A stretch of DNA of 43,448 nt from a virus (taxonomy: Duplodnaviria; Caudoviricetes). A model generated the notes under the pieces. It saw only the letters and a list, made by a program, of their open reading frames with translations. It was not told where the DNA came from and did no database searches. Shown here piece after piece: positions 7,478 to 15,704 of this stretch (its first letter is position 1; each line of letters begins with the position of its first letter). The position numbers and the translations under genes were made by a program. The stretch lies in the IMG/VR virus record IMGVR_UViG_3300035675_000013, positions 1-43,448 of that record; one strand, given 5' to 3'.

Positions 7478-10192
7478 CTACCCCGCCGCTTTCCGCAAGT
7501 AGATCGCAAGTTTTTTGATCTGCGCGTCGTTTGCGCCGTTTCCGCCTTGCGTGCACGCTGAAAAATACACGGACGTGCGGCGTCCGCGACCGCCCGCACC
7601 TTGAATCACATAAGTTGTAGTCACAGGTACTGTCTCGGCAAGTTGCTCCCAACTAGAGGTTCCGATTGTCGGGAAGTTGCCGCCACTCATTTGACCGCGA
7701 AATGTCCTAATAGAGTGCTGCATGTGTTGCCAAAATCCGGTAGCATCGTATGTATTGTTGACGCCGCCTGTAAACGTTCCGGAGTATACGTCCGAAGTCG
7801 AACTCGGTGGTGTCGTAACACCGATGTGCGTGGCTCCGAATCCTGAATAAGTGCCGTTGTACTGTACCGGCCAAACGCGGATCTTCCACGATGTGGTAGC
7901 AGGCGTATTGTCGTCAGCGGTATTGAGCGCTAAGCCAATTACGTAACGTTCGTAGTTTTGATTTGGCGCAACAGTGTACACCGAGTTCACCATGACAAAC
8001 ATGTCTGTCATGGTTTCGGGTGTCAGGTCACTACTAAGGTTCGCGACGTTGGCGGCAATGGTTGGACACGTAAACGTAGTGCCGAGGTCGCTAGTGTTTG
8101 CGGAGCTGTGGGCGATGTAGATTCCTCCCCCAGTAGTCCCGATAGTAAATGTTGTAGCGCTTGCATAGTTTGATGTAGTCCAGGTCTTCCCGTCAATGGT
8201 GTAGTTTCCGTTGCTGGTTACAGTCTGATCAGCTTGCGCCGCAAAATCAACTGAGTAGGCGAGCACCCACGATACCGTTTGCGATGTCGTAGGCGACCCC
8301 CACGAACCGTCACCACGCATGACATCGGCTTGGGAGCCGCTCAACTTCGGCAAAAAGCCGTGGTTATCTGTGCTTGCATTATTCCCTGTAGTGTCAGATA
8401 ACAAAACGTTGACATCTTTCACTGAGGTATCGTAAGCGCCGCCATATTCGTCAAAGCACACTTTGTCGGTGTCCAATGTAAACGAGCCGAAGTGCTTGTA
8501 GCGCCAATGACTCCCACTGTGCAACGCTCCGGTCCTGACCACAACCATCATACCGTCAACAAAATCTGTCTCCGCCATTGCATCGTAGTCGCGTGAAATG
8601 CGCGGCTTTGTGACGCCAGCCTCCCCAGGGGAGATGACCTCGAAGATACCGTTGCTGATCCCCCCGTTCGCCGACGATTGGCAACGTTTGAGTGTGTTCC
8701 CGGTGGTACCTGGCTGAGCGACAAGGATTCGATCGCCAGCGTTGACCGTAATTCCGCTTTCCACAAATGAGCTGCCAGTAAGCGCTATGGCGTCCGTGTG
8801 CTCCCACACACCAGGGGAAACTAGTGTGAAGCTTGACATAGTCGTTCCTTCAAACCCCATGAGGTACTGAACCGATTCCAATTCGGGGACACGCATTGAA
8901 ATCTTCGTACTGCTGTCCGTTTGTGTTGACGTCGAAAGACCTTGCCCGACGGTAATAGCTGCGCTGCCTCCGACCACAGTGATTGTTCCCGTGTCGGTGC
9001 TAGAAAGGCTCGTAACAGTTCCTGTGGCCGTACCTGTGCCGGTAGCTGTCACTTTCGACAGTATAACGTTGCTTCCAGCGACTAGTGATCCTACGGTCTG
9101 ATGTATCTGTACGGTTTGATTGGGCGGAGCACCTTCTAGAGAAGTGTACAGACCTTGCGATGTATCGGCTGACAGTTTTTGGTAAAGGTAGTCATTGCCG
9201 TCGCCATTAGCAGCCGATACCAGCCCTTGACTGTGGATTTGTACAGTTTGACTTGGTGGCGCTCCCTCTAACGACAAGTACACTCCGTCGTCAGTGTCGG
9301 CCACTAGCTTTTGGTAGAGGTAATCAGAACCGTCACCATTAGCGGCTGCGACCTTACCTGTTGACACTCCAATGATACTCAGTGGCGTGTGTATATGCGA
9401 ATAGTGACTAGTTCCATTGTGGGTAAAACTAACAGTTACGTTACTCGGATGTGTTGTTGTCGCATACAATTTCGCTACAAGGCGATCATCCGCATTTGTC
9501 AAAAAATCGCCTTGTGTGGTTGACAGCTCTTGGTATGTGTTCGTCGTATTATTGATGTCGCCTGTATCAGCGGTAAAGAGCAGTGTTTCGATACCGACGC
9601 TGTCTCGCTTATACACTTTTACCGTGATTGTGGTGGTACCACTAGTGATCGAAACATAGCGCCACAGATCAATGTACCACACACCACCTTGCCAAACAGT
9701 CGTGCCTGGATACCACGATTCAGTAACGTATTGGGCAATAAGCGTCTCACCACTCGCACTATTGATTGTAACGCTGTCAATATCCTCAGTGCTAATGACC
9801 GGTGTCAAAGCTAATACACCGTAGCCTGGCACCGGTTCGGTCGCATCGTCGAAATACAAAATACCTGTGCCCAAAGGGATAGGTAGCCAATCCGTCGCTA
9901 TCTTGCCGTTGGTGTCGGCGCATGGTATCGCGTTCGCTGCGGCTGTTGTTTGGCAAATATCAGTGCGCGATATCGTGACAGTGTCACAAGCCGTTGCTGT
10001 GCGAGTAGCATTCGGCATTGCAATACTAACGGGATTGCCTTGGTCGCAAATCAGTTGATTGGTGTCAAGGCACAGTTGCGCAGGGCCACCTCCCGGGTCA
10101 CTACATACCGCACCGTAGGCCGCCACAGCAAGGCAAACCACGCCCAGTGCTGCGAGAATGATTGCCACAAGAGTGAGTGAATGTTTGCGCAT
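7478..10192 (-). CDS. Large tail fibre / receptor-binding-like protein with an N-terminal signal peptide
   Basis: TAAGGAGG RBS; follows the tail tip gene; Thr/Ser/Gly-rich beta composition; fibre-like HGFLPKLSG...MRGDGSW motif; N-terminus MRKHSLTLVAIILAALGVVCLAVAAYG. Confidence 0.75.
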   Translation of the reverse strand: MRKHSLTLVAIILAALGVVCLAVAAYGAVCSDPGGGPAQLCLDTNQLICDQGNPVSIAMPNATRTATACDTVTISRTDICQTTAAANAIPCADTNGKIATDWLPIPLGTGILYFDDATEPVPGYGVLALTPVISTEDIDSVTINSASGETLIAQYVTESWYPGTTVWQGGVWYIDLWRYVSITSGTTTITVKVYKRDSVGIETLLFTADTGDINNTTNTYQELSTTQGDFLTNADDRLVAKLYATTTHPSNVTVSFTHNGTSHYSHIHTPLSIIGVSTGKVAAANGDGSDYLYQKLVADTDDGVYLSLEGAPPSQTVQIHSQGLVSAANGDGNDYLYQKLSADTSQGLYTSLEGAPPNQTVQIHQTVGSLVAGSNVILSKVTATGTGTATGTVTSLSSTDTGTITVVGGSAAITVGQGLSTSTQTDSSTKISMRVPELESVQYLMGFEGTTMSSFTLVSPGVWEHTDAIALTGSSFVESGITVNAGDRILVAQPGTTGNTLKRCQSSANGGISNGIFEVISPGEAGVTKPRISRDYDAMAETDFVDGMMVVVRTGALHSGSHWRYKHFGSFTLDTDKVCFDEYGGAYDTSVKDVNVLLSDTTGNNASTDNHGFLPKLSGSQADVMRGDGSWGSPTTSQTVSWVLAYSVDFAAQADQTVTSNGNYTIDGKTWTTSNYASATTFTIGTTGGGIYIAHSSANTSDLGTTFTCPTIAANVANLSSDLTPETMTDMFVMVNSVYTVAPNQNYERYVIGLALNTADDNTPATTSWKIRVWPVQYNGTYSGFGATHIGVTTPPSSTSDVYSGTFTGGVNNTYDATGFWQHMQHSIRTFRGQMSGGNFPTIGTSSWEQLAETVPVTTTYVIQGAGGRGRRTSVYFSACTQGGNGANDAQIKKLAIYLRKAAG
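9095..9358 (-). repeat. Tandem 132-bp (44-aa) intragenic duplication
   Basis: GKVAAANGDGSDYLYQKLVADTDDGVYLSLEGAPPSQTVQIHSQ followed by GLVSAANGDGNDYLYQKLSADTSQGLYTSLEGAPPNQTVQIHQT. Confidence 0.9.
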
Positions 10193-10201
10193 TGTACCTC
10201 C

Positions 10202-13200
10202 TTAGTAATCGATCTGAATTCCAATCAAGTTGACCTGACCGGCGTAGGTGTCGCCCGGATCGTCACCTAGCCTTCGCACATTCAAACGCAACCAAGCGCC
10301 GACTGCGACTGCGGCAATCACTACGCCGACTTCCGTTTGGGGAACGTTCACCTCGAAATCTCCCGTAGTAGAGTCATAGACAAGTGCCCCGTCACTAATG
10401 ATTGACGTGGCCGTGTCCACTACTCGCGTGGAAATTCGCCATTTGATTGTGCCGCTCGCAGTTGCTGACGGCACCCACACAGGACGCACGCGCATCACGC
10501 CATTGGCCGCACGCTGTGGAATTTGTACCATCAATTGCGCTCCCATAGTGGAGCCGTGAGGCAAGCCGATCGCTGTGACACGATTGTCTCCGGTGCCCAG
10601 CATCGTGTAGCGCGTTTGACCGTCAAGAAACATCGTGCTAGCTGGATTGACCACAGGAGGCGGAGCTTGCTCAGGTTGCACTGTAGGATCGGCCGCCAAC
10701 TCGATCGGTACGCGCACCGTTGTACCCAATATCGCGCTATTGTACCTAAACCACAGTTTGACGGGTGTCGTGGAATTGGTGTGAACCGTCGGTATCAATA
10801 CAAGACGATCGGCGGCGTCCAACAAATACTGTGGTGCATCGTGTAGTATCGACGGAACGGCACTAGGTACAGTTGAACTGATTTGCGCTGATAGCACCTC
10901 AAACAAGACCGCTGCATCAACACCATTGCGAAAGACCTTAAGGCCTAGCGTTGTTATAGACCCCACGTCGCCAGGCATATCAGGATCTAGCCAAGCCGCT
11001 TCAACATCAAATCGCCATTGCGCCGCAGGCAGCGACCGCGCATTGGGCGTACCCGTCAGCGTGGAAAACGTTTGGGCAAAGTCTACTACGCCATCCGTAA
11101 CCACAGCCGCCTGCGCGAGGTCTACAGCCGGCATAGCGTGTGCCGCAATTTGGTCATCTCGTAGCAAAGCGTATTCAGCACTGCCGCCTATCCCTTCTGT
11201 TTCTTCCCACTCCATTTCCGTAACACCTAAGACTACGCTGTTGGTAAGTAGCTGACGATAGGTGTTTCCGTACACATCTCCGTTTTGAATGAAAAACGTC
11301 GATCCGGGTTCAAAATGAGCACTTGCTGAAAACAGCGGATCGCGATGCATTTGCGCTTGCTCTTGAATCAACTCTTGACTAGGAGTACCGTAGTTTATGA
11401 AATAGGCGCCGATTTTGTCAATGATGTACGGACCAGCGAAACGCCTATACTCTCCCTCACCCGCATTTGGCAACGCAAACACACGTTTGCCAACTAGGTA
11501 CGAAACGCCTGTTGGATTGAGATAGTCGGTATCGACGCCATCACACATATCCTCGACAATTGGTCCAGTGGTGTTCGCGCGCATGACCCCAGGCGAAATC
11601 TCAGTCCAGCCTGAGAACACGTCGCCTTCGCCCCACGCAGCCGCGTGAAAGGCACAGATCGCGTTTCCTTTGTCACGCGTGTTGGCTATCTGACACGTCC
11701 GGTATACGTCGTAAGCTGTTGCGACATTGGTGACAGGAGTTGGCACGCTGACAGGAGCATTTGCAGCAGTTACACGATTAGTAGAATAATAGAAGACATC
11801 CTCAACGCATACAATGCGCACTTGATTGTCAACGCCATTACCGAGATCAATCTCTAAGACACGCATAAGCGTATCAATGCCTAGGTCCGGCCAAGTCAGA
11901 ACGAAAGGATCGCCGATATTCAACTCCGCCGCGTGGCGAGACGCCTGCACCGTGCAAGAAAGAAGCGGCGAAGATAATGCACGCAAATCGCGTAAAGCGA
12001 CGTTTCCAGCAATAAACGAATTCGTAATTCCGGGGTAGTGAATCTTTCGGCTGACAGTACCGCCTTGCAACTGTAACAAGCCTTCCTCAAAAATTGTCAA
12101 GCTGCCGTTATCTTCGCGAGGTGTCGCTGAATACGTTACCGTGACTGAATTGACAAGTTCACCGATAGCTTTGCGTGAGACATCCTCCACACTAACAACA
12201 CGTGTCTCATCAAGAACGAGTGTCCCTTCGTTGACATCTTCGGCACGAATGAGTTTCAGTACAAACAAGCCGGTAGTGCGATCAATGTACAACACGCCAC
12301 TAATGTGGCGTAATACTTCTGAAATGAATTCCTTGATTGCCGACTGCTGTGACCACTCAAGCGACAATCCAAAATTCTCCGCATACAGTGTATCAGCTGC
12401 TGCGCGAAACGAAGCGTCGTCTAGCTCTGTCGAGCTGTACCCCATACCCCATCGCGGATCAGTCAAAGTTTCCCAGATGATGTGGGCGGGGTTCATGTCC
12501 ACAAGTTTGCCTGGCACGCTAGTGTCGTGTCCGATTTGCAAGCCTGCGTAGATTAGGCGGCTTGTACCGGTTTTGGCACCTTTTGCAAATGAACCGAAAA
12601 CACTCGCGTAGCTATCCAGCACACGCATTGCAATGACATTGGGGCCGTCTGTGTCGATCAATGAAGCGTCAATAGCCGCCGTCGCATTGAAACGTGAATT
12701 GTTGGGAATACCGGCAACAGTGGTCGGCGTAATTGGAAGTTCCGTTCCGTTGAAAAAAAGCTTGGCGCTGTCGTCGTGCCACAGTTGCACGAACAAATTG
12801 ATCGGAGGCAATGCTCCGAAGGACCAGCGAAGCCACAACTTGCACCCCTCTTGTACTTTCCCGCCACTGTATTTGTTACCGTAGTAAAACGTGCCTCCAT
12901 CCAAAACGAACACACCATCCTCAGGCAACTGTGTCTTTACAAAAGGCAATGGATATTCGTTGTAGTCCATCAAATTGGAGGCAACAGGCGCGTTACTGAT
13001 TGGCCCGGGGGCCTCTAGCCAAGCCGAATCGTCGAAGTTGATACCACTCCAGTCGCTGTCGTCGTCGGAGCTTTGCAAAGCGTACTTCCACAAATCGGAA
13101 ACTGACCTGCCTGTAGTGATTTCAGCTTTTTCGTCATACCATTGCGCGGTTCCATCATACTTCTTGTGAATCCGCTGCACAATGCATTCCACGGGAGGAA

Positions 13201-13768
13201 ACATCGGAGAAGTTCCAAGCTGGCACTGAGCGTACAGCCATGCTACGCCACCATAGCGCGGACCAAGGGTCATGCCCAATGCTGTCGCCATGTCGTCAGC
13301 TACACCACTGTCGACAGTATCGACATTGAGCGCACCGAGGTGCACCGTCGCGGACATAGACATTTTCGACGAATCTGTATGCCCGCCGAGTTGACCTGCG
13401 CGCACTAGCGTCCCATCGACTGTGACGGGATCTGTGCGCTCAGACGCGGTACCCGTAGTGCGCGACATGGTTCGTTTGCTGTTGACTACGATATCAATCA
13501 ACTTGTCCAGTTCACCATGGCAAAGCACAATTTGTGCGTCCAACGAGTAATAATGCACACCACTCGCATTGATGTCGCGTTGGTTTCCGTACCAACACAC
13601 ATTCGGATTTGTGATTTGCCGTGTCCCGAACACCACGGGAATCGGGATACCTTCACTGGCGGTAGGTCCCTGCACAGTGAGCTTGTTTTCAGTTCGCGCC
13701 AGCTTTGACTGTACGTAGAGACTGTAAGCAACAGTCGCTACCATTATGCCTGCTACGAGCCAGTCCAT
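10202..13768 (-). CDS. Central tail tip / host-specificity protein with an inserted sugar-binding-like domain
   Basis: PIPVVFGTR, DMNPAHIIWETLTDPRWGMG and LDDASFRAAADTLYAENFGLS motifs; start at 13768 overlaps the upstream TAA (TAATG). Confidence 0.88.
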   Translation of the reverse strand: MDWLVAGIMVATVAYSLYVQSKLARTENKLTVQGPTASEGIPIPVVFGTRQITNPNVCWYGNQRDINASGVHYYSLDAQIVLCHGELDKLIDIVVNSKRTMSRTTGTASERTDPVTVDGTLVRAGQLGGHTDSSKMSMSATVHLGALNVDTVDSGVADDMATALGMTLGPRYGGVAWLYAQCQLGTSPMFPPVECIVQRIHKKYDGTAQWYDEKAEITTGRSVSDLWKYALQSSDDDSDWSGINFDDSAWLEAPGPISNAPVASNLMDYNEYPLPFVKTQLPEDGVFVLDGGTFYYGNKYSGGKVQEGCKLWLRWSFGALPPINLFVQLWHDDSAKLFFNGTELPITPTTVAGIPNNSRFNATAAIDASLIDTDGPNVIAMRVLDSYASVFGSFAKGAKTGTSRLIYAGLQIGHDTSVPGKLVDMNPAHIIWETLTDPRWGMGYSSTELDDASFRAAADTLYAENFGLSLEWSQQSAIKEFISEVLRHISGVLYIDRTTGLFVLKLIRAEDVNEGTLVLDETRVVSVEDVSRKAIGELVNSVTVTYSATPREDNGSLTIFEEGLLQLQGGTVSRKIHYPGITNSFIAGNVALRDLRALSSPLLSCTVQASRHAAELNIGDPFVLTWPDLGIDTLMRVLEIDLGNGVDNQVRIVCVEDVFYYSTNRVTAANAPVSVPTPVTNVATAYDVYRTCQIANTRDKGNAICAFHAAAWGEGDVFSGWTEISPGVMRANTTGPIVEDMCDGVDTDYLNPTGVSYLVGKRVFALPNAGEGEYRRFAGPYIIDKIGAYFINYGTPSQELIQEQAQMHRDPLFSASAHFEPGSTFFIQNGDVYGNTYRQLLTNSVVLGVTEMEWEETEGIGGSAEYALLRDDQIAAHAMPAVDLAQAAVVTDGVVDFAQTFSTLTGTPNARSLPAAQWRFDVEAAWLDPDMPGDVGSITTLGLKVFRNGVDAAVLFEVLSAQISSTVPSAVPSILHDAPQYLLDAADRLVLIPTVHTNSTTPVKLWFRYNSAILGTTVRVPIELAADPTVQPEQAPPPVVNPASTMFLDGQTRYTMLGTGDNRVTAIGLPHGSTMGAQLMVQIPQRAANGVMRVRPVWVPSATASGTIKWRISTRVVDTATSIISDGALVYDSTTGDFEVNVPQTEVGVVIAAVAVGAWLRLNVRRLGDDPGDTYAGQVNLIGIQIDY

Positions 13769-14562
13769 TAGAACACCACGCTTACGTTTGTCATTGGATT
13801 GATCCACGGTATGCCGGCGAAACCGCCGTAATTGCCGATATTGCCGAAGCGCGATGCGCACATTGTTGTGGTGCGATCGCAGCCTTGATACAGTGTTACT
13901 GTATCTTCCACGGTTAACGAAGCGATTGGACGTATGAGTTGCACATAGTTGCTACCAACACTCACAATCATGCGCCGCGTGCCATCCGGAGCTTCCAGCA
14001 CTCCGCCTGCGTGGTCAGCGACCAAGGCACTAGTGAACGTAACTGTGGCGCCGTCAATGCTATCGATACTCGCTAGTTCACTGTAATTAGCTCTATCAAC
14101 ATTGCATCCAATGTCGCCGAAGGCATGACGGCACAATCGTTGATATGTTTGACGCAAACCAAGCCGATGTAGCGATAGCGACACAGGTTCGCAAATCAGT
14201 TTGATCGAACCGCGAGAAGCATTGGACGACAGCACGCGCCCTTTCCACATGATGCGCGCTTCTGTGTCGCCACGGTGTATTCTACGCACAGTGAGCGTTG
14301 TAACTGCGTCTAGCGTCCCGGCAAGGAACGCCATCGCCCACACGTTGCTGATGTCAAATTCCAGATCTAGTGTGTCTTTGGGTTGATCACCTGTGAAAGC
14401 AAAAGAGCTGGACAACAACACAATAGGTGCATGACTGTGCCCGTTGTATATAAAAGGCTCGCTACCGGCACAGTAGTACCAAGCGGTATTGCTGCGCACG
14501 AATGTGAAAAGCAAAACAGGTTGCGCGCTCTGTTCGGATACGTCAAGTGACGCGTAACTCAT
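13768..14562 (-). CDS. Tail tip protein (DUF2163 / BR0599-like, Cys-cluster)
   Basis: YQRLCRH..GDIGC and YQGCDRTTTMCASRFGNIGNYGGF motifs. Confidence 0.88.
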   Translation of the reverse strand: MSYASLDVSEQSAQPVLLFTFVRSNTAWYYCAGSEPFIYNGHSHAPIVLLSSSFAFTGDQPKDTLDLEFDISNVWAMAFLAGTLDAVTTLTVRRIHRGDTEARIMWKGRVLSSNASRGSIKLICEPVSLSLHRLGLRQTYQRLCRHAFGDIGCNVDRANYSELASIDSIDGATVTFTSALVADHAGGVLEAPDGTRRMIVSVGSNYVQLIRPIASLTVEDTVTLYQGCDRTTTMCASRFGNIGNYGGFAGIPWINPMTNVSVVF

Positions 14563-15704
14563 GTGGGAACCTCTTGTGTTGGGACCACTGCTGTCATAGC
14601 AAGACCTGGAAGATACTGCAATTCGATGCGATCCGCATCGAATCGCGAACGTGTTAGCTTGCAGACACGATCAACGTTGGCCATTGCGAGTCCGCCGCTA
14701 AACGCGCCTGCGGAGTAAAGACGCTCGTTATTGCCGTCCACTACTACACTCGTGATGCGCATTGGTGTGAAATAGCCCGCCGTTGTGATAAGCGTCACAT
14801 CCGTACCAATGCCATACGTGTTTGCGAAGTCGACCGCTGCAATCTGTATATAGGAGTCACCGGCGACAATATCTTTCGTCAACACAAAATCAGCATTCCA
14901 ACTCGGCAACCAAAAGGCGAGCCACCTCCCACACACTGTTGCTAAAAACGTGCGTAGATTTATGCGTTCTTGTGCTGTTTGTGCAGTGATGGCCAAGCTC
15001 ATTGCTATACGCGACTGCGTGTGTAAAGCGTAGTTAGCAAGACCACCTAGCTTTGAGTCAAAGCGCTCATGTTCGCGTGAAACTCCGTCGGCTGCGCTAC
15101 GAATTGTTTCGCGTGGTGAAGTTACCAAGGAATCGCCCAAATACGTAGGATAAGCAACTGCTGTTGAATCAATCATGTTCTCAGTCGCAGTCGCCAAAAA
15201 ATGAGCACGAGCGGTGTTGTAATGAGCGGCTATACGTTCACCTTCGAAGGCTTGGGCAAAAGTACACGTGCGCAGAGGAATTGCAACAGCGTCTGTGTAA
15301 CTTTGCGTGGTCGCACTAATTGCTACAGTACCCTCGCCGATTGACGATATTGCGCACACTTCGCAATAATCGTAGGATTCCCATAGCAGTAACGATCGCC
15401 CTTCTTGGAAAGCCGGCGCGTGTGTGTTGTCCACAGGTAGCGAGGTGGTGCCAGCATCCATTGGAGGCATGACCTGCATTTGCGCCCAGTCGGGCACAAG
15501 CAGCGGATCACAACCGACGATGCGCGCTTTTTCGCGTGCGAGCCCGTACTCGCGTTCGCTCATTTGGTGCTCAAACGCTAGCGTCTCACGAGGGTACTGC
15601 CGTAAGCGCAAACGATACTCCGCCGCTTTGCAGCGGATGACATCAGTAAGCCACTCAAGACTCTCTGTAACACCATTTTGCGGTCTATGTGTCCAGCATT
15701 CCAT
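14559..15704 (-). CDS. Distal tail / minor tail protein
   Basis: ESLEWLTDV...R.RLR..PR and GRWLAFWLPSW motifs; directly after the tape measure gene; TAATG overlap. Confidence 0.8.
   Translation of the reverse strand: MECWTHRPQNGVTESLEWLTDVIRCKAAEYRLRLRQYPRETLAFEHQMSEREYGLAREKARIVGCDPLLVPDWAQMQVMPPMDAGTTSLPVDNTHAPAFQEGRSLLLWESYDYCEVCAISSIGEGTVAISATTQSYTDAVAIPLRTCTFAQAFEGERIAAHYNTARAHFLATATENMIDSTAVAYPTYLGDSLVTSPRETIRSAADGVSREHERFDSKLGGLANYALHTQSRIAMSLAITAQTAQERINLRTFLATVCGRWLAFWLPSWNADFVLTKDIVAGDSYIQIAAVDFANTYGIGTDVTLITTAGYFTPMRITSVVVDGNNERLYSAGAFSGGLAMANVDRVCKLTRSRFDADRIELQYLPGLAMTAVVPTQEVPT

Noticed and set aside
9095-9358. Diversity-generating retroelement TR/VR pair
   Set aside because: The copies are adjacent, in frame and internal; the differences are not confined to adenines; no reverse transcriptase is present
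10130-10192. Lipoprotein signal on the fibre protein
   Set aside because: GVVC does not fit the lipobox consensus; SPase I cleavage near AAYG is more plausible
13769-13861. N-terminal extensions in the ORF track (tail tip, also distal tail, tape measure, endolysin, SSB, helicase)
   Set aside because: Downstream starts have SD sequences or stop-start overlaps, and the extensions overlap neighbouring genes
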